Positions 21,595 through 35,265 of a stretch of 64,000 bases of DNA are shown here, in pieces (the first letter of the stretch is position 1; the number at the start of each line of letters is the position of its first letter). The stretch covers positions 96,001 to 160,000 of the forward strand of contig CAWKDB010000011.1 in NCBI GenBank assembly GCA_963848295.1, given 5' to 3'. The notes beneath the pieces were generated by a model. It had not been told where the DNA came from and ran no database searches. It saw only the letters and a list, made by a program, of their open reading frames with translations. Both the position numbers and the translations under genes were made by a program. Source of the stretch: an uncultured delta proteobacterium. Its GTDB lineage: Bacteria > Myxococcota_A > Polyangia > Haliangiales > Haliangiaceae.

Positions 21595-23097
21595 TCAAGC
21601 CGGACGCGGGATCTCGCGCAGCACGGCCGCGAGCTCGAGTGGGAGATCGGCCGACATCACGCCGCGCGTGCCCGATCGTTCCGCGGCGCGCGCGCCGGCC
21701 GCGCCGTGGACGTAGACCGCGACGCGCGCTGCGTCTCCCGGCGACAAGCCCTGCGCGAGCAACGCCGCGATCGCGCCGGTCAGCACGTCGCCGCTGCCGC
21801 CGGTCGCGAGCTCCGGCCCGCCGGTCGGATTGATCGTGCAATAGCCGTCGTCGAGGGCACCGTCGCACACCACGGTGCGCGCGCCCTTGAGCACGATCAC
21901 CGCGCGGGTCTGGCTCGCGAGCGCGCGCGCCGCCGCGAGCCGATCGGCTTCGATCGCCGCGACCGTCGTGCCGAGGAGGCGCGCGGCCTCGCCGGGATGC
22001 GGCGTGAGGATCAGCGGGCCGCTCGCCTGGCGCAGCGCCTCGGCGATGCCGGCGCACAGGTTGAGCGCGTCGGCATCGAGCACGGCCGGAAGCCCCGACG
22101 CGAGCACCTCGCCGAGCCACGCCGCCGCGATGTCGCTTTGCCCGAGCCCGGGGCCGATCGCGATCGCGGCCTTGCCGGCGAGCAGCTCGCCGAGCGCGCC
22201 GTCCACGCTGCGAGTCATGATCGAGTCGGACGCGCTGACGTCACCGGATGCGGCGAGCGTGACCAGCCCCGCGCCCGCGCGCGCCGCGGCTTCGGCGCAC
22301 AGTCGACCGGCGCCGCGAAAGCCCGGCATACCGGCGACGATCAGCACGTGACCGCGCGTGCCCTTGTGATCGAGCGCGCTCGGTCTCGGCAGCGCGCGCG
22401 CGATATCGCCGAGCTCGACGAAGCCGGCACCGACCGCCGACGTCGCGATCAGACCGCGCGGGATCCCGATCTCCGCGACCTCGACGTCACCGCAGTGCGC
22501 GAAGCCGGGCGCGCCGACCAGCGCCACCTTCAGCGCGCCCATCGCGACCGTCCGCTCGGCGTGGACCGCGCGTCCGAGGATCTTGCCGGTGTCGGCGTCG
22601 AGCCCGGACGGGATGTCGACCGCGAGCACGCGCGTGGCCTTGCCGATCGCCGCGACGACGTCGCCGAGGTGACCTTCGATCGCGCGCGTCATGCCGATCC
22701 CGAACAGCGCGTCGACCACGAGCGCCGCACCGGCGATCGCGCCGGCGAGCTCGGCGAGCTCGGCCGGCGTGTCGATCATCCGCACGACCCCGCCGCCGCG
22801 CTCGAGGATGTCAAGGTGCGCCTTGGCATCGCCCGCGGTCTTGGTGCGAGCGACCGCGAGGTACGCGACCGCGTCGAGCCCGCGTTCGCGCAGCACGCGC
22901 GCGCAGACGAAGCCGTCGCCGCCGTTGTTGCCCGGGCCACACACGACCGCGACGTGACCGCCCGGCACCATGCGACGGGCCGCGTCGGCGACCGCGCGGC
23001 CCGCGGTCTCCATCAGCGCGAGCGCCGGAATCCCGACGTCATCGATCGTCGCGTGATCGAGGGCGCGCATCTCGGCGGCGGTCACGACGGGGCGCAT
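21595..23097 (-). CDS. nnr: Bifunctional NAD(P)H-hydrate epimerase/dehydratase
   Basis: LMETAG, CGPGNNGGDG, DALFGIG, AVDIPSG, HKGTRG, AIGPGLG, LDADAL, LTPHPGEAARL, LATGGSGDVL. Confidence 0.94.
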   Translation of the reverse strand: MRPVVTAAEMRALDHATIDDVGIPALALMETAGRAVADAARRMVPGGHVAVVCGPGNNGGDGFVCARVLRERGLDAVAYLAVARTKTAGDAKAHLDILERGGGVVRMIDTPAELAELAGAIAGAALVVDALFGIGMTRAIEGHLGDVVAAIGKATRVLAVDIPSGLDADTGKILGRAVHAERTVAMGALKVALVGAPGFAHCGDVEVAEIGIPRGLIATSAVGAGFVELGDIARALPRPSALDHKGTRGHVLIVAGMPGFRGAGRLCAEAAARAGAGLVTLAASGDVSASDSIMTRSVDGALGELLAGKAAIAIGPGLGQSDIAAAWLGEVLASGLPAVLDADALNLCAGIAEALRQASGPLILTPHPGEAARLLGTTVAAIEADRLAAARALASQTRAVIVLKGARTVVCDGALDDGYCTINPTGGPELATGGSGDVLTGAIAALLAQGLSPGDAARVAVYVHGAAGARAAERSGTRGVMSADLPLELAAVLREIPRPA

Positions 23098-23150
23098 AGT
23101 GCGGAGCCTACCGCATGCGACTGCTGGCGCGTCACCCCGTCCGGATCGGT

Positions 23151-23786
23151 ATGCGCGCCCTCGTTTGCCTTGCGCTCGTCGCGTGCTCCGGCGACCCGCC
23201 CCCACCGCCACCGGCGCCACCGCTGTGCCCGACGCCGGCGCTGCCGCAGGCCGCTTCCAAGGGCGAGCTCGATCTGTTCGTGTGGCGACACACGAGCCCG
23301 ACGCTCGACGCCAACGAACGACAGTGGGAGATCGAGCGCCAGGAGGCCGACGACGTCGCCGCTGCAGCGCGCCGCGCCCGGCAGGCGCGGACCGGCCTCG
23401 GCCGCGAGACGACGCACCTCACGGTCACCGTCCTCGACGACTACCTGGTGCTCCCGGCTCCCGGGAGTACGCAGCTGGGGCGGTGCGCGCCCGGCGCACG
23501 CCACCGGCTCGACATCGTGCTCGACGGCGTTCCGGTCGGCGCGATCGACGTGCCGTGCACCGAGTCGATGCAGGCGCCGCCGCGCGCGTTCGAACCGCCA
23601 GCGTTCGACGTCCCGCCCGGCGTGCATCGCATCCGGATCCGCGAGGCCGAAACCGGGGTCTCGGCGGTGCGCGACTACGTGTTCCCGGAGATCGGCGACG
23701 ACTTCATGCTCGACCACATCCAGATCTGGGCCGACGAGCACAGCTTTCGCATGGACGACCTCGCGCGGCCCGGCATGATGCTCTAG
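23151..23786 (+). CDS. Hypothetical lipoprotein
   Basis: MRALVCLALVAC lipobox and Pro-rich linker; fills the gap between nnr and glmM. Confidence 0.65.
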   Translation: MRALVCLALVACSGDPPPPPPAPPLCPTPALPQAASKGELDLFVWRHTSPTLDANERQWEIERQEADDVAAAARRARQARTGLGRETTHLTVTVLDDYLVLPAPGSTQLGRCAPGARHRLDIVLDGVPVGAIDVPCTESMQAPPRAFEPPAFDVPPGVHRIRIREAETGVSAVRDYVFPEIGDDFMLDHIQIWADEHSFRMDDLARPGMML

Positions 23787-23790
23787 GAGG

Positions 23791-25149
<1,359 letters not shown>

Positions 25150-25168
25150 CTGTCGACCGATGATACCG

Positions 25169-26260
25169 CTACTTGACCGGCGTGACCCTGACGTGCTCGG
25201 GCGAAAGCTGGACGCCGATGCCGGGCCCGACGCCCTCGATCGCGATCGGCGCGTCGTGAGCCTTGCCATCACCCGCGGTCAGGTTGACGACGAGCGTGAT
25301 GACCTTCGTACGCTCGATCGCTCGCAGGGCGCCGGTGAGGGTGACGTCGACCTTGCCGGGCTCGACCGTCCACTTCGCCGGGTCGACGTCGGTGCACGGA
25401 GGCGCGCCGGCTCCGCCGTGGCAATGGGTCACGCGAATCGTGATCGGCATGCCCGGCAGCTTGCGGGTCACGAGCTCCTCGCTGATCGTGACGTGGACCT
25501 CGACCAGCGGTGAGCCTTCGACCGTCACGGTGTTCGGCGCCACGACCTGAGTTTGCAGCACGACGTCGTCGGTCGCGTTGTCGACCGGGACCTCCCGCGT
25601 GCGCAACGTCGTGAGCGCCGCGACCAGGCCCTCGCCACCGCGAACCTTGACGGTGGGCGGCACGGAGTTGACGCCGGTCACGACGTAGCCGTGCTTCGGA
25701 TAGCCGGTGATGAGCGGCGTGATCTCGACGAGCTTCTCTTTGCTGCGCTCGAACGCGACTCGCACCGTGCGCGGGCTGATCGAGGCGACCGACAGCCCGA
25801 CGGGCAGCTTGCCCGATGCGGTCCGGATCATGTCCGGTGTGATCTCGATATCGCCGGTCGGCGCGCGCGACAGATCGATCGCGATCGGTTCGATCTTGTG
25901 CTCGTCGAACGCGCGCACCCGCCGCCACGAGCCGCGGATCGTGACCTCGACGTCTTCCAGCCGGTCGGACACCAACACCTTGTCGGCCGGCAAGCTCTGA
26001 TACGCGAGCGCGACCTTCGTCGAGATCTCGCTGTCGCGATCGGTGTTGACGAGCAGGAACACGGTCACGGCGAGCACGAGCGACAGGAACTTGAGTGCGA
26101 CGTTTTCGAACAGCGCGGCGTGCAACCAGCGCGCGACCGTGCCGCGCTCGGGCGGGACCTCAGGATCGGGCGACGGCAACGGCGGCGTGATCGACGCCTT
26201 GCTCTGGCGCGCCGGACTGCGACCGAGCGTACCGATCGTCTCGTTGCGCGCGCGGGTCAC
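25169..26260 (-). CDS. cdaR: CdaR/YbbR-like protein
   Basis: [19 protein letters not shown] anchor, YbbR-like beta domains, position between cdaA and glmM; GTGA overlap with cdaA. Confidence 0.85.
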   Translation of the reverse strand: MTRARNETIGTLGRSPARQSKASITPPLPSPDPEVPPERGTVARWLHAALFENVALKFLSLVLAVTVFLLVNTDRDSEISTKVALAYQSLPADKVLVSDRLEDVEVTIRGSWRRVRAFDEHKIEPIAIDLSRAPTGDIEITPDMIRTASGKLPVGLSVASISPRTVRVAFERSKEKLVEITPLITGYPKHGYVVTGVNSVPPTVKVRGGEGLVAALTTLRTREVPVDNATDDVVLQTQVVAPNTVTVEGSPLVEVHVTISEELVTRKLPGMPITIRVTHCHGGAGAPPCTDVDPAKWTVEPGKVDVTLTGALRAIERTKVITLVVNLTAGDGKAHDAPIAIEGVGPGIGVQLSPEHVRVTPVK

Positions 26261-27153
26261 GCCGCGCCACCGGTGTCGGCCACGGTGCCTTCTTGCGGTT
26301 CGCCCAGGCTCGCGATCGCCTTGCCGACCTCGGCTGCGGCGGTCGCTTCTTCGGCGACATCGTCGGCGCGACCGGCGGCGAACAAGCCGATCAGGGCGCG
26401 CCGCAGCATCAGCGGCTCGAGATCGCGCGCGATCGAGCCCTTGAAGCACAACGAGATCTCGCCGCGTTCTTCGGACACGACGACCGCGACCGCGTCGGTG
26501 TCCTCGGTGATGCCGAGCGCGGCGCGATGGCGCGTGCCGAACTCCGGGCCGAGGTCATCGGCGCGCGACAGCGGCAGCAACGCACGGGCGAGATCGATGC
26601 GGTGATTCTTGCCGATCACGACCGCGCCGTCGTGCAGCTCGTTGTCCTTCGCCGGCACGAATAACGTGACGAGCAGCTGGCGACTCAGCGCGGCATCGAG
26701 CCGCGTCGCATCGTCGACGAACTCCTCGAGCGCCGCATCGCGCTCGAACACGACGATCGCGCCGAGCTTGGCGCGGGCGAGCTGCGCACAGGCCGACACG
26801 ACCTCATCGACCGCGTGGGTCGCCTCTTGCCGGCGACCGAACGGCAGCACGTTCTGGCCGAGCCGACCGAGCGCGCGGCGAATGTCCTGCTGGAACACGA
26901 CGATGATGAGGATGACGAAGTAGCCGATGAAGTTGTCGAGCAGCCACGACACCGTCGTCAGCTCGAGCCGCTCGGCGACGAAGAACGCCGCGCCGATCAG
27001 CACGATGCCGACGACCATCTGCGCCGCACGGGTGCCGCGGATGGTCAGCAGCAGGCGATAGATCAGGTAGTAGACGAGCGCGATGTCGACGATCGTCGTC
27101 ACCACCGTGGCGACGGTCAGACTATCGAAAAAGCGCTGGATCGACTCGGTCAT
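26257..27153 (-). CDS. cdaA: Diadenylate cyclase
   Basis: Three TM helices, IRGTRA, VVFQQDIRRAL, catalytic LHDGAV and GTRHRAALG, VVSEERG. Confidence 0.95.
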   Translation of the reverse strand: MTESIQRFFDSLTVATVVTTIVDIALVYYLIYRLLLTIRGTRAAQMVVGIVLIGAAFFVAERLELTTVSWLLDNFIGYFVILIIVVFQQDIRRALGRLGQNVLPFGRRQEATHAVDEVVSACAQLARAKLGAIVVFERDAALEEFVDDATRLDAALSRQLLVTLFVPAKDNELHDGAVVIGKNHRIDLARALLPLSRADDLGPEFGTRHRAALGITEDTDAVAVVVSEERGEISLCFKGSIARDLEPLMLRRALIGLFAAGRADDVAEEATAAAEVGKAIASLGEPQEGTVADTGGAA

Positions 27154-27196
27154 CGTCGATAGTGGCGGCGCTCCGTGCGAGAAGAGCGGCTCGCCT

Positions 27197-27988
27197 CTAC
27201 AACTTGTTGTACGCGGTCAATGCGGTCATGAGCAAGGCAACGTTGTGCGTGCGGACCATGTTTACGCCGGCTCGGACCGCGACCATCGCGGCCTCGGTGC
27301 TCGCTCGATCGACCTCGGTGAGCGTCGCCGCCTCACCGAGCGGGAGCCGGACGAACCGCTTCCGGCTGGGTCCAACCATGATCGGCCGGCCGACCCGGCG
27401 CGCGATGTCACCGGCGTGGCGCAAGAGTAGCGAATTGCCGACACCATCGGCACCCTTGCCGAACCCGATGCCCGGATCGCCCCAGGCCCGCGCGCGCGCC
27501 GCAGGCGACAACGCGTCGAGCCGGGCGGCGAGCTCGTCCGCGACTTCTTGCCACGAGACCGAGCGCTCGGCGGCGAACACCTCGGCGAGCGAACGCCCGC
27601 GCAGGTGCCCCGCGATGTAGGTGACCCCGAGCTCGCTCGCGGTGGCAGCCATCGCCGGGTCGAACAGGCCGCCCGAGACGTCGTTGATGTACCGCGCCCC
27701 GGCCGCGACCGCGGCGCGAGCGACGGTGGCCTTCGTCGTATCGATCGACACGGTCGCCCCCGCCGCGGCCAGCCGCTCGACCACGGGGATGACCCGGCGC
27801 AGCTCGTCCTCGGCGCTCACCGGCTGCGCCCGTGGGCTGGTCGCTTCTCCGCCGATGTCGAGCACGTCGGCGCCGTCGCGCAGCAGCGCCAGGCCGTGAG
27901 CGACCGCCGCGTCGGGGTCGAGGAACTGCCCTCCGTCGGAGAACGAATCTGGCGTCACGTTGATGACGCCCATGACGAGCACGCTCAC
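27197..27988 (-). CDS. folP: Dihydropteroate synthase
   Basis: MGVINVTPDSFSDGG, DIGGE, SIDT, INDVSGG, DPGIGFGK, SRKRF. Confidence 0.95.
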   Translation of the reverse strand: MSVLVMGVINVTPDSFSDGGQFLDPDAAVAHGLALLRDGADVLDIGGEATSPRAQPVSAEDELRRVIPVVERLAAAGATVSIDTTKATVARAAVAAGARYINDVSGGLFDPAMAATASELGVTYIAGHLRGRSLAEVFAAERSVSWQEVADELAARLDALSPAARARAWGDPGIGFGKGADGVGNSLLLRHAGDIARRVGRPIMVGPSRKRFVRLPLGEAATLTEVDRASTEAAMVAVRAGVNMVRTHNVALLMTALTAYNKL

Positions 27989-28036
27989 GCAGCAAGCGTA
28001 GGCCTTAGCGTGAGCCCAAGCGACTGCTCGGGGCGC

Positions 28037-29996
<1,960 letters not shown>

Positions 29997-30088
29997 CGGA
30001 CGTTCCGGTCGAGCTCTCGACGCAGTCACAAGCATGCGGCCTTTCATCGCAGTTGCAAAGCCCAATTCGCCAAAACCTCCCAAGTAGA

Positions 30089-31309
30089 TCAGGTAGGTAG
30101 AAGCGAAAATGGATCGTCTTCGCCGAACGCGATTCCGAGGTGCTCGGCCCAGACGATCACGCCATCCGATGTGCGCACCAAGACGTGCGCCGAGGCTCGC
30201 AAGGCGCGGGGGATCTTCGCGTCGATGTAGAGGTCGGACAGCTTGCGCGACCGGCCCTTCAAGCGCGACGGTCGGAAGCGATCGCCGGGCTGCGACAACG
30301 CGAAGCTCGTGGCCCGGGGACGGAGGAGCTTCGGTCAACGTTGTCGCCGCGAGAGCGTTGACGAAGGTTGCTGCGTCCCCGGCTAAGATCGCGAGTTGAT
30401 TGTACGATGCGGATCGCGCGACCACCGCGGATATCGAGCGACCGCTCGCCCGCGCTCGGCGCCCGGATGACCTCGTCGAGGTCGTCGAGGTGAGACGCGT
30501 CGTAGCCCAAGCCCATCGCCCTCGAGCGCGAGCGCGAGCGCGCGCTTGCGGATCGCGGCGGGCTCGCGTGCGAGCGCCGGGCGCAATCGATCGGGAGCCG
30601 AGATAACGGGGCCGCGCGCTCGTCGATCGACCTCGAGCCACTCGCGCGGCGGACGCGGCGAGCCGAACGAGCGCTTGCATCGAGCGCGGGATTCTCGCGC
30701 CGGAGCGCGGGCAGGTAGTGCTGCGCTCATCCGCACGCGCGCGAATCCGATCGTCCTGGTTCATCGGGTCATCCCAGACGGGGAGCCCGCGCGCTGCGAC
30801 ATAGTCGGCGAGCGTCGCTGCGATCGAGCGCGAGCAGCGGCCGAATGTAGCGCGCCGCGCCGCGCCGGGATGCCGGCGAGCCCCGCCGGTCCGGTTCCGC
30901 GGATGATCCGCATCATGACGGTCTCCGCCTGATCGCGCGCGGTGTGGCCGAGCAGCGATCGCGCCAGGCCGACGTCGTCGAATGACCGCGTCGAACGCGG
31001 CGTAGCGAGCGATCCGCGCGGCGACCTCGATCGATTCGCCGGCGGCGACGTCGACCCGCGCGGATCTCGGCGGTCGCGCCCTGCGCGCGCGCCCATGCCG
31101 CGACCGCGGCCGCGACCTCCGCGCTGCCGGCGGCCAAGCCCGTGATCGACGGTCACGACCACGACGCGAGCGGCGCCGGCCACCGCGATCGCGGCGTCGG
31201 CGAGCGCGATCGAGTCGGTGCCGCCCGAGCACGCCACGCCGAATCGCCCGGGCCCGAGCCGGTCGAGCCAGCCGCGGACGGCGCCGCGAACCGAGGCGAT
31301 CGCGAACAC
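30089..31309 (-). CDS. tilS: tRNA(Ile)-lysidine synthase (multiple frameshifts)
   Basis: [47 protein letters not shown]-terminal PGDRF...[13 protein letters not shown] across several frames; upstream of ftsH. Confidence 0.88.
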
Positions 31310-31368
31310 GCGGCTAGCCTATCAGGCGATGGCGCGACTCGACGATCGGAGCTACGGTGCGCGACCGC

Positions 31369-33031
31369 ATGAGCGAACGCGAGCTCCCTCCGTCCGGTCC
31401 GCTCGGCCGGCTCCGCGCCCAGCTCGCGGGGCCGCGCGGCTATCGCCGGATCGACGCGCTGCTGTCGTCGGACGATGCCGCGGGGGCGGTCGCCGCGCTG
31501 TCGCCCAACGAGGTGTTCGAGCTCGTCCACGAGGTCGGCTTCAGGACGGCCAGCCGATCTGATCGAGCTCGCGACCGTCGAGCAGCTCCAGCGGCTGCTT
31601 CGATCTCGACGGCTGGAACAAGGATCAGCTCGAGGTCGCGTCGCTGATGCCGTGGCTGAACGCGCTCGCCGAGACCGGGTTCGAGAAGATCGGCGAGGTC
31701 TGGGCCGGGCTCGATACCGAGCTGCGCGCGCTGATCCTCCAGCGCAGCGTCAAGATCTACGACACGACCCTCGGAGAAGGCCCGAGCGACGACAACGACG
31801 AGCCGATGTACGACGACGCCCGATCGCTTCTTCATCCTCGAGCTGCAAGGCGACGATGAACACGCAGCGCGCGATCATGCGGTTCGTCGAGGACCTCTAC
31901 CGCGCCGATCCGGATCTCGCGCGCCACACGATCATGGCGGCGCGCAGCGAGCCGCCCGCCGAGCTCGAGGAGATGAGCTATCGCTGGCGCGCCGGTCGGC
32001 TCGCCGATCTCGGTTACGTCGACTTCTACGATGCGCTCGATCTGTTCCGCCCGCTGGCGGTCGACCAGGTCCACATCGGCGAAGGCTCGCAAGACCGCGC
32101 GATCGGCGACGATGTCGAGCCGACTGCCGCTCGCGATCGCCGAGGAGGTCGATCGGCCGCAGCTTCCTGGCGCGCGCGATCAGCCGGATCGAAGAGCCGA
32201 TCGAGGCCGAGCGGATCGAGCGCGCGCTCGACGATCCTCGTCAACAAGGTGCTCGCGGCCGGGCGCGCGAAGCCGGGCCAAGCCGAGGTCGTGCGCCGCG
32301 GCGCGCTGTACGCGACCTCGACGCTGTCGCTCGGCCTCGAGACGGTCGCGCGCGGCGATCTCGCTCGCGCCGAGCAAGCGCTGCGCACGATCGCGCTCGG
32401 CCGGCTGTTTCGGGTCGGCTACACGCTCGGCCACAAGCTCGCCAAGCTCGCACAGGCCCTCGCGCCGCGATCGCTGACCGCCGGCACGCCGGCGCGCGAG
32501 CTCGTCGCGGCGCTGTGCTCGCCCCGCCCGCTGTTCGCGAAGATCGCGGATCAACCGCCTTCGGCCGGCGTCCGCCCGTTCGAGTCCGCCGCGGATCTGC
32601 GCCGCGCCGGCGAGATCCTCAGCGGCCTGACGATCCGGATCGCGCTCGTCGAGGGACTAGGCGTCGACGTCGCCGCGATGGGGCGCTTGCCCGAGCCGCG
32701 GCCCGAGCTCGACGATCACATTCGCACCGCGCTCGCCCGCGCCGTGATCGCCGGCGAGCTGCGCGGCGAAGCGCTCACCCAACGCGAGCTCACCGCATTG
32801 CGCGAGCGCGGGTTCGCCGGCGTCAAGCTGACGTCCGAGGCGCGGGCCGCCGGTCGCGCCGCGATCCGCGCTCGGCTCGGCGGTTCGCAGCTCGCGGCCG
32901 TCGGTTCGCTGCTCGATCCGCTGCTCGAAGGCTGGCTCGATGATCTCGAGCGCATCCTCGGTGGCATCGTCGGCGACGTGGTCGACGCGCGGTTTGTCGA
33001 GGGCGTGATCGTCGAAGTCGCGCGCAGCTAG
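31369..33031 (+). CDS. Conserved hypothetical protein, DUF6178-like (multiple frameshifts)
   Basis: Fragments in three frames (ELVHEVG; DLDGW.KD; ELEEMSYRWRAGRLADLGYVDFYDAL; LFRVG) resemble DUF6178, recognised from memory. Confidence 0.65.
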
Positions 33032-34669
33032 CCCGGATCATTCGCGAAGGGAGCGCGCCGCGAGGAGCGCATCGCCGGAATTTCGGTGCCGGTACGCAGG
33101 TTTCGCTGTTTGTGAAGACAAACGAATTTGCCCACGCACCGACGACACCGTGTATTCCACCGATCGAGCTTCAGTTCCAGCGCCGCCGCGCGATTCTGAG
33201 TGCTGACGCCGAACAGGTGTCCTCCGATGGCGGCGTCGTGCTGCTGCGCAAGCTCGACGAGCGGTTGGAGCTGACGACGCGTCTGACAGCGTTACTCGGC
33301 GATCGGCGCGACTCAGCTCGAGTTCGGCATTCGCGCCTCGAGCAAGTCCGGCAGCGCGTCTATCAGATCTGCCTCGGCTACGAGGACTGCAACGATGCGG
33401 ACTGGTTGCGCCACGATCCGGCACTTCGCCTGGCGTGCGACGCCGAAGATCACGCGATGTCATCGCAGCCGACGCTGTCGCGGTTCGAAAACGCGATCAC
33501 CGGTCGCGAGCTCAATCGGCTGACTCGCGCCTACGAGCAGGTCTACGTCGACGAACTCGTATCGACGACCGACCTGATCGTTCTGGACATCGACTCCACC
33601 GATGACCAGACCCACGGCAACCAGGAGCTCATGTGTTTCCACGGCTTCTACGACCAGCACATGCTTCACCCGCTGCTCGTGTTCGACGCCCTGAGTGGGC
33701 AGCTGATCACCGCCTTGCTCCGGCCCGGGCGTGCGCACGCCGCCAAGGGTGCGATCACGATCCTCACGCGGCTGATTCGAGCCATTCGCCGACGGTGCCC
33801 CCCACGCAAGCATCCTGGTGCGCGGTGACTCCGCGTTTGCGATGCCCAAGCTCCTCGATCGCCTCGAGCAGCTTGACGCCGAGCTCGGCGACGTCGAGTA
33901 CGTGATCGGTGTCGCGAAGAATTCGCGGCTGCTGGAGTTTGCCAAGCCGCTGCGGTCCTCCGTCGAGGAGGAATTCCTCGACGGCAAGCGATTCGTTCGC
34001 CGCTTCACTTGGCTGTCGTACGCCTCGAAGTCCTGGCCCGCCGAGCGCCACGTGATCTGCAAGGTCGAGCACAGCGAGCGCGGCGAGAATCCGCGATTCG
34101 TGGTGACCACGCTCGACGAGTTCTCCCCAGGTCTCATCTATGACGTCGCCTACTGCGCACGCGGGCAGTCGGAGAACTTCATCAAGGACCTCAAGAACGC
34201 GCTCCACGCCGATCGTCTGTCGTGTCACCGCTTCGTCGCCAACGCCTTCCGTCTCTTGCTGCACGCCATCGCCTACCGCTTGATGCATGCGTTGCGTGCC
34301 ACCGTCGCGCGCGTCGCCCCTACCACCGAGTATGTCTCCACCGATCGCGTTCGGCTCGCAACCGCCCAGATGGACACTCTTCGCTTGCGGCTACTCAAGG
34401 TCGCGGCTCACGTCACGGCATCCGTCCGCCGCGTCCTCGTCCGCCTGCCGCGAGCCTTCCCGCTCGCCCGCATCTTCTTCGCCGTGGCGCGCGACCTCGG
34501 CGTCACGTAGTCGGCGATTCTTTGACAACCAGTGCGCCGCCTCCCGGATCGCCGACCGTTGCGGCGTGGCGCCGCGGCAACGATGCGAGCTCGCGACGTA
34601 CCCTGACCGTGCGCGAGGCGGCTCCGCCGCCAAGCGCCGGTCAGCTGGAGCCATCACGAATGATCCGGG
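33032..34669 (+). mobile_element. IS1380-family insertion sequence
   Basis: Perfect 13-bp terminal inverted repeats CCCGGATCATTCG (33032-33044 and 34657-34669); 4-bp target duplication CTAG (33028-33031 and 34670-34673); transposase inside. Confidence 0.95.
33112..34510 (+). pseudogene. IS1380-family DDE transposase, split by +1 C in a C6 run (33798-33803)
   Basis: SSDGG..LL, GYEDCND...LRHDP, SQPTLSRFEN, LDIDSTDD.THG.QE, VRGDSAF, YCARGQSENFIKDLK, RLSCHRF.AN.FRL. Confidence 0.9.
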
Positions 34670-35143
34670 CTAGGGCGCGACCGCTCGCTTCGCCTCGACG
34701 ATCTCCGCTTCGAGCTGTTTGCGGTGGGCGCGCAGCTGCTCGAGCTTGGCGCGGACGTCGGGGTCGGTGGCCAGTGCTGCCAGCGAGTCGATCTGCTTTT
34801 GGGCGTCGGCAACCTGCTCCCACAGCTGACCGACCGCGTCTATTGGCTCGGTGACCGCTTTGCGATCGGCGATCGCCTTGGCGCGCTGCGACTGCAACAC
34901 GCCGGCGACGCACGCCTTCGCTTCGTCGGTCGTGCTCGCGGCGAGGACGCATTGCGCCTGCGGATTTCGGCGGATCTCGTCGATGTGGGCGCGGCATTCG
35001 GCGAGATCCTTCGCCGGGTCGGCCCTCGGGCGCTCGGACATCGCCGCGCTCACCTCGGCGGCGCGATCCAGCAGACGCTCGCACTCGTCTTTGTGGCTGC
35101 CGCAGCCGGCGAGGAGCAAGAGGGCGATCAGGCTCCGGCGCAC
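34670..35143 (-). CDS. Hypothetical Cys-containing helical lipoprotein
   Basis: LAGC lipobox, coiled-coil C-terminus, TAGACT 7 nt upstream of GTG. Confidence 0.7.
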   Translation of the reverse strand: MRRSLIALLLLAGCGSHKDECERLLDRAAEVSAAMSERPRADPAKDLAECRAHIDEIRRNPQAQCVLAASTTDEAKACVAGVLQSQRAKAIADRKAVTEPIDAVGQLWEQVADAQKQIDSLAALATDPDVRAKLEQLRAHRKQLEAEIVEAKRAVAP

Positions 35144-35265
35144 CGCGGCGAGTCTAAATCAAGATCGTGGGCGTGCACGTGTCACGTGGCACGTACACGC
35201 CCACGATCTGTCTCTGCCGGTTCGAAGTCCTGCGTCGGCCGTGGTAACGAACCTACTGCAAGCCG

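Noticed and set aside
33798..33803. Programmed frameshift in the IS1380 transposase
   Set aside because: IS1380 transposases are single ORFs; an extra C in a homopolymer matches the error pattern seen elsewhere in the window.
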